Assembly (NCBI GenBank): GCA_046563655.1
Contig: CM102289.1
Span: 5,766,001-5,830,000 of the forward strand
Reading direction: 5' to 3'
Length of the DNA: 64,000 bases
Source of the DNA: Yuukianura sp. NJ FZ-2021
Taxonomy: Eukaryota
The notes under the pieces were generated by a model that saw only the letters and a list, made by a program, of their open reading frames with translations, made no database searches and had not been told where the DNA came from. The stretch's first letter is position 1; every line of letters begins with the position of its first letter. The translations under genes and the position numbers were made by a program. Shown here piece by piece: positions 13,201 through 27,200 of this stretch.

Positions 13201-16200
13201 TCGAGTTTGAAAGCACTCAGAACTTTGGTAAATTTTTTTTTCTTTTAAATTTTGACATATTTACTTTTTAACAGTTCAAAGCATTCAGCAGTTTAATTAA
13301 AAATGTTTTGATTCTAGCGAGCTTTGCGTCCTCTTCGTGCCATTTCTCGCTGGCAAGGAATGAAGGTTGATTTAAATTAGAGTGACTTTGTTTTTTTTAA
13401 CTTTCTAAAAATTCTGTGCTGAAATTTTCAGATTGTCGTGAACGCTCTCATGTACGCCATTCCATCTATTTTTAATGTCCTGTTGGTCTGCCTCTTGTTC
13501 TGGTTGGTGTTTGCCATTATGGGAGTTCAGTTTTTCAAGGGAAAGTTTTTCAAATGTATTTACGGAGATACTGGAGTTACCGTTTCTGAAACAGAAGTAA
13601 GTTCAGATGGATTTTAACGCTTAGTAATTAATTCATCATAACTAAATAATAATTTAATCGTGTTGATGTGTCTTTAGGTTCCGAATATGCAAAAATGTTG
13701 TGTAGGTCGAACCGACACGGTATGGATCAATACCACCCCCAATTTTGACAATGTCTTTGAAGCTTACTTGTCGCTTTTCCAAGTGGTAAGAAACCAGTAT
13801 TTTTAATTACTGAAGAAAATTGAAAACAAATTTTTTCTAAAATTTCGTAATTTTCAAGGCCACGTTTGAAGGGTGGATGGAGCTGATGCGAGCGGCATCA
13901 GACATTCAAAGTGCAAATACAAACATTCAGCCGAAAAAAGATGCCAGCTACTACGCAAACATCTACTTTGTCGTTTTCATAATTTTTGGAACATTCTTTA
14001 CATTGAATCTCTTCATTGGAGTTATCATTGATAACTTCAATATGCTCAAGAAAAAGGTATGGTAGAATGTCAAATTTCCAAAAATTTCGAAAATAAGATT
14101 CAAATTTCTTTTGAAATTTTAGTATGAAGGAAACTTAGTCGAAGCTCTTCTAACTCCAAGTCAAATGCGATACTACACAGCAATGAAGAAATTAGGAAGA
14201 AAGAAACCACAGCGAGTCATTAGACGACCACAGAGTAAATGTCTTGCTCTCTTCTATGACATTTCCATGTCACGCAGGTAATTTTTTGACATTTTTACTA
14301 GAGTAGTACCAATTTTCAAAAATTTTGAACATTTTTGAAATTTTCAGATTCGAAATTGCCATCTTTGTTCTAATTTTTCTAAACATGGTTGTGATGGCGT
14401 TTGAGCATCATGGACAACGAGAAATCTACCACCATATTCTCACAGGATTCAATTCTTTCTTCAGTACCATTTATGCTCTAGGTATGTTGTATGCGCAGAT
14501 AATTCAAAAGTGTAAAGTTTTTGTGTGTAATGTGCAGTAGTTCATTCGATTTTTTCTTTGTCTATGCAGAAGCCATAGTGAAAATTGTGGGCATGCGCCA
14601 TTACTACTTTACCATTCCATGGAACGTCTTTGACTTCTGCCTCGTTCTGTTCTCCATCTTGGATCTTTTTCTAACAGACGTCCAGTGGTCGCTGCCCTTC
14701 CCACCAACTATGCTCAGAGTTGTGCGCGTTTTCAGAATTGGTCGTGTTCTGCGTCTCATCAAAGTAAAAACCATTTTTTTTAAATAAAAATTTTTAATAA
14801 TTCTCTTGTTGGAGAAAGCAAAGTAAAAAATTTTAAACTTCTTGTACAGGCAGCAAAGGGAATTCGAAAACTTCTCTTTGCTCTGGTCGTTTCTCTTCCG
14901 GCTCTTTTGAACATTGGAGCGCTTTTAGGGCTGATCATGTTCATTTACGCTATCCTCGGTAAATATGTTTCGATTTCTTAACAATGATTATATTTACTTA
15001 TTTTATAAAAATCATTATTTTATTTAATTTAACTTAACGTTGTTAATAATTATTTCTCTCACCAGGAATGGCTCTATTCAAGGATGCCAACTACTACGGC
15101 ACAATGGACGAAATGTTCAACTTCAAAACATTCTTTCGGTCATGCATGATGCTTTTACGGTAAACAAAATTTTTTTTTTCTAAAAATGTATATAGCGATT
15201 GTCTATTTTGAAACCAACTTCTAAGGTTTTTTAACGTGACATTTGAACTTTGACATTCATGTTAGGTTGATGACCGCTGCTGGGTGGAACGACGTGCTGA
15301 ACTCCCTGGTAGTAGAAGTTCCGAGATGCAACGTCGACTCTTACCGGAAGCTGACGTGCGGGAAGGAAGATGAGCCGGAATGTATCTCTCGGATGGTTTC
15401 CGTTTCCTACATGGTCACGTACATCATCATCACGAACCTCATCGTCATCAACATGTACATTGCCATCATTCTAGAGAACTTTGTAGAAGCCAATCAGGAC
15501 GAAGAGATTGGAATTGTGGAAGATGATCTGGAAATGTTTTACATTCGGTGGTCAAGGTTTGTCTAAAAAAAAATTCAAATGATTTGGGATAAAAACCTAA
15601 ACTTGGATTTCAAAATTTTAGATACGATCCAACTGCAACTCAGTTCATCGGATTCGATCAACTTTCAGAATTTTTGGCAAGTTTGGATCCACCTCTGGAC
15701 ATTCCAAGACCAAATATTGTTGCCATTGTTTCTTTCAATTTGCCAATTGCCCGAGGCAACAAAATCCATTGTCTGGACATTCTTCATGCTCTGGTCAAAC
15801 ATGCTCTTGGGCATGTCGACGACTCGGAAGAATTTCGAAAAGTTTGAAAAACTCTTATCAAAAAGCAATTTTGGAAAAAAAATTCAACTGTTTTTATTTT
15901 CTTAGATCCAAGAACAAATGGAAGCCAAATTTCGAAAACAATTTCCGAGTCGAAAACTTTTGGACATCGTTTCGTCAACTCGAATTTGGAAAATTCAGCA
16001 CAACGCAGCAGTGATCATTCAGCGAGCATGGAGAGCCTATCTTGCACGCAAACACGCTGCAACGGAACGTGTAAAATCTACACAAACTGTCAAAAGTGCT
16101 GGCGCAACTCATCATGGCTTTGGTCACAAACTGGGTCAATTCTTTCACGTGGGTGGGGACAAGCGAAGACGTTCTTCACTCCGTGACGGCGGGCTTCCAT

Positions 16201-16929
16201 TTAACCTTAAACCGGGCGGATCTGTAAGTCCTGACGGTAATTCCAGCACGTAATCCTTCCTGAATTCCTCTTACAGGCGCCATCTAGCTTCCGATGCCCA
16301 TCGCTGCTGACCCTTGACCTCTGGCACCTTAACACTATTTTCAAATCGTTTCAATTTTTAACACAAATTTCACTTGCCAACTTTGTTGAAAATTTTAGGC
16401 GAAACGGAGCAGTCCGCTCGCTACGGTCAGAGACGAGGATCACTCTCTCCCGAAATCGCAGAACTCAACCGGGAAACCAGAGCTCGAAGAGCTTCCTTCG
16501 GCCTACCCCCGAAATAGTTACAGCAGCCAATCATCTTCATCCGCCAGTCCACTACCGATACCGAGAATCGAAACGGCTCCACCCACACGTCGAGAAGCAT
16601 CGAAACAAACAAGACGGTTGTCTCCGTCAAGACTTTCTGGCGGCAGTTTTGACGTGGCCGTCAATTATGGATCAATATTTGATTCAACTCCGATTAGTAA
16701 TCAACTTTTAGGAATCCATTTACCCAAGTCTGTTGTGAATAATAAATCGTTAAGTCCGCCACTAGAGGAGGAGTCAGTTTCGACTCCTGTCTTTGCACAT
16801 CCGCAGTGCATCTCTTACAATACATCGCCACTTCATTCTCCATCGACGTCTCCGACGTCTCCACGACGCAGACTCCCGCGACGCCAAGCATCTGTTACAG
16901 TCCAAGTTCATGAAACGTCACCTTCATAA
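7267..16929 (+). CDS. Voltage-gated Na+/Ca2+ channel alpha subunit, Nav2 (DSC1/NaCP60E/BSC1)-like; about 31 exons; N-terminal exon unresolved
   Basis: Spliced exons give four 6-TM repeats. S4 segments: [12 protein letters not shown] (~8137-8172), [52 protein letters not shown]. Pore loops: TLDYWE (8943), AQEWIE (11456), TFEGWME (13868), TAAGWND (15279). DIII-IV linker [12 protein letters not shown]-terminal YDPTATQFI and IQ motif IQRAWRAY (~16017). Approximate exons: 7267-7529, 7932-8188, 8273-8519, 8640-8723, 8825-8969, 9037-9171, 9251-10104, 10179-10276, 10371-10470, 10543-10740, 10825-11001, 11092-11301, 11398-11509, 11582-11701, 11788-11937, 12316-12549, 12649-13035, 13122-13227, 13318-13364, 13432-13596, 13678-13785, 13859-14056, 14123-14277, 14348-14481, 14570-14763, 14850-14958, 15066-15159, 15266-15556, 15622-15842, 15906-16223, 16399-16929. 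Confidence 0.95.
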
Positions 16930-18299
16930 TGTTTAGACACATCGTCGTAAAAAGTTGTAAAGACGGCGCAGTCTACAAATCTGCCGTCATCAGTTTTATG
17001 AGACGGCAGTTTTACCACTAGAGATTCAGAAAAAAGACAAAATTTTGAGCTGTGCTCGAGAAATTCTCAGAAATTTCAAAGAATTTATTACAATAGACTT
17101 TAAAATGCGGTGCTTGACCTCTCTTGTTGCCTCCTTTGTAAAGGTCATTAACCTTCGACCTGTTCATGCCTCAAGTTATCAACTTGTAACTTTGACACAC
17201 ATCAATAATACCTACCTTAGTTTACTCTAAGTCTTATGTAAAACTTTCTTCTTTTAGCACCTTTCACCTTTTGGTAAGACACTTTGAAATTAATTAGTTA
17301 AAAATCTTCAATAATTTATTAAAAATTAGAACGTTACTTATTGCTCCTGTACTTAAAAGTCGTTTCGGACTAAAACTTTGTGATATTTAATACCACATTA
17401 AACATTAGTGGAAATTATTAAAATAATTGTATCATCTCTGAAAATAACGATATTGTTATTCAAATTCCAGAGGATAAAATGCGAATTCGACGAACTGGAA
17501 GATAAAGTCCGACGTATGGCACCAAAAATGGTGTATGCTTTTCGAAGAAGCGGTAAATTAAAAAAAAATCAAGTCATTTTTTTTTCATTTAACTTTTAAG
17601 GCAATTTGTCTAACCTATAACGTGTTTGATTGCAACAGTTTGGAGAATTTCAATAGCAATCTAAAAGTAGCGGACATTTTGAAGCATGTACATACTTGGA
17701 CAAAAAATTGATGGCATTTCACCGTCATTTTTGAACAATGCAGAGAACGTGTATTTGTATTTTTATTTCAGTAGTTTTTCAGTTTAAGGCACCGGGCTCA
17801 GTTTTGTTTTAAGTTTGTGATACACATTGCAATTAATATTCTTAAGAGTTCACTCACACGTTTACTGTATTATTATAAAATTAATTCAAATTCAAACGGA
17901 ATTTATATTTTTCCCTAAAAAAATGAATGGAAACCTTACCGTGGAATGGTGCAAAAACGTATATTTTGCCCCTAAAACGTTTTCGTTACATAAACCTTGT
18001 TCCCTTTGTTTTGAAATTTGGTCCAGAACAATGTGCCCTTATAACTACGCTTTGAACTAAAAACTAGAAACACGGAAAAAATCTAAAATTAATCTAAAGC
18101 CTTTGATTTACAGTGTCCGGGATGGTCCTTAGGAATAAGCTAATAAATTCCTTGGATCTACATAACCTAACAACTATTCGTCAATTGAAAACTTTAACGT
18201 TGCTAAAAACGTGAAAAACAAAACAGAAAACTAAATAGACTCTGAGTTTCTTCCTACTAGAGACTACTGGAAAAATAAGCCCACAATGGCGAAAACTTT

Positions 18300-21200
18300 T
18301 TAAGAGTAGAATGTCAAAACGGACGTTTGATTTCCACGGACGAGCAAGAAAGGCGGCATATCCTTGGTCATCATTTCCAGCCATGACATGTACAGTGGAG
18401 CCGACACTGTTCCGCGTCTGGGAACTGGAAGCGTCCTAAAATTTCAAAATTCAAAATTAAAAAAAAATCAAAATCTATATTTTTATAAATCGCATCAATA
18501 CTCACATCACAACAAAAGTAGATTCCGAGGAATGTTGTTTGAGGAGTTCGTGAAGACGAAGATGTCGATTCGTCTTTTCTCGGAGTGTAACCAGTTCTGC
18601 ATCGGTAATGTTCCGTCCGTCATTTGACTCCTCCCCCTTAAACGGACCAATCATAGCTTCGAATTGCTTTTTAGTCTCCTCCTTGGCCCTCTTCGTTATG
18701 TCCGGTATTACAATGACGTCGCTGTATTCAATTCGGAACTTGGCCAAAAGAGCAGCCATGCTGAAATCAAAAATTCGGATTATCGAATCAACTTCAGGCG
18801 CGAGTGCTTAAAATTTCAAACTATCAAAATAGACTTACTTTCTTTGTTCTCTTCCGAGCTCTTCCTTTCGACTCGTCAGCGTAAAAATGCGGAGTTGACA
18901 TCCCGAAAACTGGGATCTCGTCGTAAGAATGTAGGGAAGCAAAATTGTAAGTCCACCGTCATCCTAAAAATCGACACAAAAACTCAAAGTCTTGACGATC
19001 AAAACGAAGCAGAGAAATGCAAAAACTTACGTATAACCACCAGACGTCAATCGTCGACTTCTTTTGTTTGCGTTGGAATAGTGTAACGTTGGCGAGTATT
19101 TGTCGTGGAAGAACGGATCCTCCAGGTCCAGTGTAAAGTGGTGCACCGGACGCCTTGCGTGTTCGCTTCTTCTTCCTGGATTGATTTTCTGTTTTGTCAC
19201 CATTGGTTGGAAGTCGGGGTAGTTTCGGAGATGACGGAGTACTGCTAGATTCACTGCTGTTTCCATCTAAAAAATATTTTCAATTAGTCAACTCAAAATA
19301 ACTAAAAATACCAGTTCAAAAATTAAGTCAAACAAATCGTCCAGTTTTCAATTGAAAACAAAGCTATAGTTGTCATTTTGAAAATTTTGTAAGCATTTTG
19401 TTCAAATTTCATGCTGTTTGCAGTGATTTAATGAAAAACAAGAAGTGCAGGGTGCAAGAAGAAACGCTGTTTTGTTTCAGCTCACCAATTGGAGAGTAGG
19501 CGGCTAAAAAGATTGCAGAGGCAGATCGTATACTTCGACTTTCGGCTGGGATAGGAAAATTCGGATTTAAAAATTCATAAGGAAGGATAATTTCGGAATT
19601 TTTTTTCAATTAGAATTTAAGGAAACTGAAAATTACCTTGTGACAATTGACCTTCACTTTGATTCCTGGGCATGCCTTTCTCCTTAGGACTTTTGACATC
19701 TAGAAGATGCTCAACTGACTTAGCTTGGTCTTCCTCTTCAATTTGATCCGAGTAGTCAAGTCCTCCAGGAACACGCAGAATTGCCACAGCAAAGTGAATA
19801 TCCAATGCTTCACTAAAGTTAAAAACAAAAGAAATGCAATCAATGCTTTGAAAAACAGAATTCATTTCTTTCTTTCATTTTAAAATCCGTAAAGGTTCTC
19901 CTTACTGCAGCACACTGAAGTAATCATTGAGCTCAATTCCTTTGTTGACATCCGGATTCATCCAGTCAGATTTATAGCCGAGCAGAATTGTATTCGGCTT
20001 GAGCCGCCCAAGTCCAGCCGTTTGCATGATCGAATGACAACCTCTTTCAAATACATCTTCTTCAATTAGAGTATAGAATCCCTTCTTTTTGTGCTTTTGA
20101 AGCCACGAGTAGGCTTGTCGTTGAAGTGCACTTCGAACTTTCTGGTTATGATGTCCCTAAATTGACAAAGAAAAAGTATACAATTTAATTGAAATGAATT
20201 CCGTAACCTGCTAACTTACTTTCAACACTTGAGCACAAAGCATGAGTGACACGTTCTTGATAAGTAAATAGCCAAAGTCAACCAGCGCTGGACGTGCACT
20301 CGGCATGCCACTGAAAATGAGTAGTTGCGGGCGGTAGTTCTTGACATGTTCCTCTACTTGGTTTAGGTCTTGGACAGATTTTAACGCAGTGTTGTACGAC
20401 TGTGCTTGCGTAGACGAGCCCCAGTTGACGTCTGGTCCACGGTAAGAAACGTAGAGATAAAGGAACACACTCACTGCCACAGTGATCAAAGCAGTTATCC
20501 AGGACATGAGGAACATCACTGCACAAACACAGAAAACGTTTGAAAAGCGGGAAAACTTGTGAACTCCCACATTTCAAAATTTTCGAAATTCTTACCCCCA
20601 ATGCATAGAATACATCCGCCCAAGCTCACCCAGGCATTGTAGTACTTAAAAGATGGACGCCATCCCGGGGACTTTGATATCGATGCATGAAAAACTGAGA
20701 AGTTTATGAGACAGTAGGCAGCCAGGAAGAAGTTACTGAGCAGTGGAGCAATGGCGTTCAATTTTGCTGTAAAGTGACATTATGAAACACTTGAAATAAT
20801 GCAAATAGTTTTACCTAAAAAGACAAAGAAAATTGTTCCCAAATTCAAATCTTACCAATGAGAAGACACCCAAGGGAAATTAGGAAAACGAGAATGTAGC
20901 CGCGAACTGGATCATTATTGGCTCCATAACCTTTTTCAAAAAAGTGAATCGCTGGATACAAACGATCTTTGGCCAGTGCCTAAACACAACAAAAAAATTC
21001 TAAAAGTGAAATAAAAATTCAGAGTCATAAATTATGTCATACTATTCTAGACAACAAACCTGTAAGACTCTTGGGGCGCCAACCAATGAGGCAATGGCGG
21101 ATGACAACGTAGCAGCAAAGCAACCTTTGCAAACAGCAAAAACAGAGATAAACCACAAAAAAATCGAATGTAATTTGAATTTACTGAACTTACCGCCATA

Positions 21201-24200
21201 AATCAACGGCCACCAAGCACTAACAAGTGACATGACCTGTGGGTCCTACAAATAAAAAATGAGTCAGAATATGTTAACTTTAATTATTATAAATTACTTT
21301 AACAGTAATTATTTTAACTCCTTACATTCAAAAGGCCGTACTGACAAGCGTTAATTTGTTCATCATTTGAAACAGCGATGCAAGTCGTATGATTCTCCAA
21401 TTCAAAATCCAAAACGTTGCCAGTCGCTTCTCGAACTACCGAAGCGCCCATCTAGAATTCAAAACAAAAATGAGTTACTCCCGCCATTTTTATGAAAATT
21501 TTTGAAATCAGTGTTTTGCACTTACCATGATTCCATAACCAATGTAGCTCAAATATGTAATGGTAATGGCAAGTAGAGTTCCCTTTGGAATGGCCATGGC
21601 GGGATCTTTCAAATCTCCACTCAAGTTGGCGCCAGCTACAATTCCAGTTACGGCGGGAAAAAACACTCCAAAAACAGAAAAGAAATCTTGTTGAGAATTG
21701 TCTCCATCGATTCCCTTGCGATAGTCCGAGTAAAAATTGACTTTAAAAGTTTCCCCTAGAAAAATCAAGGGACAAAAATAACAATTTTTAATTAATCTTA
21801 AGTTAACTCAATTAAAGGTAAACCGAGCACTTAGAACAAGCAAATGGAGCTAAAAGCACTTACAACTGTAACCCACGAACCCCTTAGCTTTCTCCAAGTC
21901 ATCTTCTGGACCAATAAAACTTCCCACAATAAAATCTAATTGTGCAGCTACCAAAACGACCAGAAGCAGCATTTGCGTCTACGGGAAATGACAAAAATTG
22001 AACTTCAAACTTACTATACTTTTAGTGCAAAATTTTACTGGCTTACTCTTGTCACCCAGTCCATCCCAACGAAGGCCAAAATCAGAATCAAAACCAGTAC
22101 ACCTTGTCAAAAACAAAATTCAAAATTTCAAAAATTTATCTTCTTTTGAATGTAAAAACCTTATATAAACACAATTTTTAGTTCCGCTTTGAAACATTCA
22201 AAAGATTTAGTTTCAACTTGGTTGCAAAAAATAAATGTCAAAAAAATTCACACGCAAAATCCCATCAAAAAATGTTCTTTTTTTCCCCTCATAACAATGA
22301 TTCCAAAATGCTGTGCAGTGATAAAAAAAAATGAAACGAAAGAGGGAAAATTTTAGAAATTTCATCAAAACATGTTTTCAAATTTGAACTCATAGCTTTA
22401 CCAACTCCGACGATTCGAATGTCATTTTCTCCTCCATCAATGATCCCGTCAGAACCGTTTACTCTGAGTAAGCTGTTCAGTGACTCGCAGAAGCCAACGA
22501 TATACAATGCTACCGCTATGGAGTTGGCTACCGTAAACATCAAGCCTGTCAAAAAATCGAAATTATCCAGACATAAGTTTCATAAAGTAAACAACTTTCA
22601 CACAGATTTTTAAACTTTCAAATTTTTTTTCAATGCTTTTTTGGCACATTCTGCGAGAAAAAACTTACCAATAGCTGCACCAAATTCAGGTCCCAGTGAC
22701 CGTGAAATCATGTAGTAAATTCCGCCTCCCTTTATCAATCTATCAAAAATTAAATGGCACCTCAACTTTCATACAAAATCGTTCGCTTCACTCCAGCTTA
22801 AGTTCATGTTTTTAGTTTTGTAAAACTCAAATAATTAAATTCATACCCATTCGTGCTAACTGCTGACATGCTAAAAGCCGTTATGTATGTCACAGTATTT
22901 GCTAAAGTAATCAACAGGAACCCTTCCACTGTAAATACCAAACCATAAACAACATTAGTAAAGTTTATAACTGCAGTTCCAACTTTATTTAAAATGTCAA
23001 AGGTCACTTACATATTCCTGCTTGTCCTATTACCCAACTCAGGCGCAGAAACAGCATAACCCCCCATATATTCAACAGACATCGCATCTACAAAAAAATG
23101 GCACAAAAAGTTATGAAAACCTCATAAACCTGAAAACACGCCAATAAAACTAAATCCGAAAATTATTAGTTCCTTACCAGCACGCCCTCCAACCAACCGA
23201 ATTTGATGACTTTTCCTTTCAGAACTGCCGTCTCATCATCTTCTTTCTTTGAACTCTAAAAATAAAAAAATAAATCCGTGTCAACTTAAACAATAGGCAA
23301 TCATCACATTTTCAAAAAAAAATCTTATAGTACTTTAGTCGTTTCTTGAGCTGAACCTAAAGCCACTTCTTTCAAAATTTCAATTTTTACAATTTGATCC
23401 AAATCCACATTTACGATTATGACCTCCCATTCTCAAGTCTTTTCTTTAGGAATATGACCATTTTTGTATAATTTCTTCATAAAAACTGCTCTAAATTTTA
23501 TTTATTAGCCCAAAGCAAGTATTTGGTTTAGTTTTCAGTTTCTTCAAGTGTAACAAGTCCTTAGCGTCTTCAAAAATTTCTTGTTCAAATGGCTTCTCAA
23601 CCGCCATGATTCATTCCATATTTACTCAACGCTGTTAAAAATATCACTAGTCGTAAAATTTCCGAAATTGCAATGCCAAACTCTTTGAAATAATGACTAC
23701 TCCTTCCCAGTTTTTGAAGAAAGAAAATTAGCACGTTCTTCATTTTCCGGTCAATGAATCCGCCAAGTCATAAAATGCATTTTTTTAAACTCTTGAATTT
23801 CAATATTCACATCTCTAAATTCCATTTCCAAAGTTTAAAGCTCAAGTCGGATTCAATTTCAAATTGTGCAACATCAAGATCGATCGACAAGATTCATTTT
23901 AATTGAAATTTTTTCTACAATTGAAAAGTCATTCACCTTGTGATCACAAAAATTGATCAAAATCAAACAATCTTGAATAGTTTAAATTGACCTTGCAAGT
24001 TTTTGACCTTAGCACAGGTTGTTTTTGCATTTTGTAAAAATTTGAGAAGTTATTGGCTCTATTTTTGGATTTCGAATATTACCAAAGGTCATGAATCTTA
24101 CTCAGAAATTAGTGTCAGTGACATTCTGTATTTTACGCCTGTGCAAATAACTTTCCCGGCTCTTCAGACAAGAAGCCATTAGCACCGAGAGTGTTTTGCC

Positions 24201-27200
24201 CAGCGGGACATCCTAGTGTGCAAAAATGAAATTCGAAAAAGTGACTAATGGCGGATGGATTGCTGAAGACACAAATTGCCATCCATCCGCCATTTCCCCC
24301 GGGGGGATCCAAATGACAAAAGGAGTCCATCGCTCATTCTAATTGCCATTATTTGCAGGCAGGAGGAAGCATGAAGATCATCGCAAACAGTCACTCCCCG
24401 CGGACTTTCAAAAAGTTTTTTTTCGAAACATATCACTTTCATCTTCAGCCACCAATTTCCAGTAGCTGACATGCCAGAAGAATGGACCAGAAATAAATGT
24501 CACTGTCACAAATCACGACGACGACGTCTCCACTCCCATTTTATTGGTACAAAAATGTCAACGACGTAACCTCTTGGTCATTTGACCACATTTAAAATTC
24601 AACACCAGCCTAAAAGTGTCACTTTCGTACGTCTTAATGTGTCATCCTCAAAAGTTTCTTTTCATCGACTCAAAAACAAGGCTTAATTATAATTTCAAAT
24701 TAGGTTTCATCTTTACGAAAATAACTCAATTCCAAATTTTTCCACGTCAAAAAGTTCAAAAAAATTAGGAAAGACGTAAATGCCTAACCCTAATTTTTGT
24801 CAACTACTGTCACAAAACCAGCCTTGGAAACATACTTGTCTCCCTGGAAAATGATTAGGAATGTTTCCAAAAATCATCCATCTTACTTTGGTGTCTGAAG
24901 CAATCCACATGCGTCAGCGCCTTGTCAAATTCTAGACCTGCAGTTTCTCATTTTGCAAAATCAGGAGCGATCAGGATCAGCATTCAGCAACATTAAGCAA
25001 AAATGATCACCAAGGAACAATGGGCTTGATTGGACGCTAATCTCCATGGAATATCAAATCATTCTAATGTTCTTTCCCATTGCTAAAAATCAAAATCATC
25101 GCAGCTTCCAAGAACTACAACTTTTTAGAAATGCTGGAAGTTCAACAGAATCGCAAGTGTCACACTTCCGAAAATTAATAGGAAACGGAATTTTCAAAAT
25201 TACAAATTACACATTTTATGAATGGAAGAATGACAATTGGTTCTCTGGCAGAAGCAGCAGCAGCATCCATCTAAATGAAATTAGGCAACAAAGACTTTTA
25301 AGAGCTTTGACCTCAATTTCAATTCCTCTTTGTTACTAAAAACACCGAGCAATTTTCCAATGATGCGTGATGAATTCAAGTGTTGGGTGTTATGAGGATG
25401 CACTTTGCCAGTAGGATGGAAAGTACAAAAAAAGTAGAAAGTATTTTTAAAAAGTTGCTACAAAAAAGTTTCGTAGCAAGAAAACCCTTTCCTCATTTCC
25501 TTAAACGAGCGAGTAATATATTAAACGCAAAGCAATGAATTTTGATGTATGCGGAATAATTCCAAACTAAACATGGGATTTAACAAAAATTTTATAAAAA
25601 AAAAATTAATAATATGGAGAAAAATATAAATATTCAATCTCAATGTCAATGTAAAAGTTCAAGTGCGATTTTGAAAGACTGGCAGAAGATGATCTGCCAC
25701 AGATCGTCTTCATATTGGAATGTCGCCTGTGCGTGTTTTAGCGTGTAATACACGCTGCGTGTTGAAAGCTAAAGTTGATCTCACACAAAGTAGATGACAA
25801 ATTGGCTCTACAATCCTAAATACAGGGACAATTGACAAATGGCATACAGAAAGTCGTTTGGTTGAGGTGAAGGATTTTTTCAAGAATTGAACTTTAAAAA
25901 TACAACAAAAATCTTTGAACGTAAAAATTGCTTCAAATGTCTACATCTCCACCCAGCCCCTTAATTTTAAAGGTTTAAAATGAAACTGGTTTTTTCAAAA
26001 TTTCGTATTTTACAGACGAACTAAAATTCAAGAAGCTCGCAGCGGTGTTCAAAAGCCTTCTGGATATCAGAAACCGGCTTCAATAAAATACAAAATTGAT
26101 CCCATTGTTCTTGTTCATGAAAATTGTTCATTGCATCTTTCACTTAAAGTTCATTTATCTTCCTTCGTATTGGATAAATTGGAAACATGCATGTTGAAAG
26201 ATTTTCTTTGCCACGTTTACACGCCTCTCAATTTAATTTATAACAACTAACCGGTTAAGCTCCTCAATTAAATCTATCCATCATTTCATCAAATTGCAAT
26301 CTAAAATTTTTCTATTCAAAATTCAAAAATTCCGATCAAAAATGAATTAAACCGGTAAAAAGCTTAGCTGAATATTAAGTTGTACATTGAAGGCGCGTCT
26401 CACACTATGAACATGAGAAATTTTTTGGAACAAAAACTATAATTTTTGGAGAAAAAACGAGAGGTTTCTGGAAATTAAGTTTTTTTTTCGGCAAAGAAAA
26501 ATTACCGTAGATTTAAAAATAGATTCAGAACCGCATCTTCAGCCATAGTCAGGAAAAGATTGTTCACGCCTTCCGCCCTTCCCATCATCCACCGCCGCCA
26601 GACAAGAAATGCATTTCTGCGTTCGTTACGGTTCCTTAGTAATTTCTACGTTCGGAACATGCAATTTACTATGAACTCCAAATGAAACTTGAAGTCGAAG
26701 CTTTTCATTCTTTTGGACTTGTGCCAGAAACAAGAGGATAGGCCTTTGCCTGATATGTTTCTCCGAACGATGATAAACATTTGGTAGTAAAAAGTAAATT
26801 CATTGAAAATCTAAAAATTGAACTTGAAAAGAACATTCAAGAAATAAAATGACCCCAACCGCATATCCGGTGAGCTTCCTCCATTCGTTTTGCTTAAAAA
26901 AAATTAACAATGAACTTGAGAGCAAAAAATTCGCGGTTTGCGACGGCGGTTAGTACTTGCATAAAGTGGTTATGCCTTCTAAATTTAGCGTTACTGTCAC
27001 TGCCATGCGATGTGGGAATATGAAATTGATCAAAGATGATAAAAAAAAACTAACTTAACCGGTCCGGTCATTCCAGAAATTTTTGGTTAGAGGAAGGCAG
27101 CTTGTCAAAATCGTTCCATACGCTGAACATTTCAATATCAAAGTGGGGTCAGTGCGGAAACCATTTACAGAAACTGCCTTAATTCCAACCATAAAACTGG

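Noticed and set aside
16518..16652. Stop-codon readthrough after the TAG of the short channel tail
   Set aside because: The open frame is explained by overlap with the longer coding frame; no readthrough context evident.
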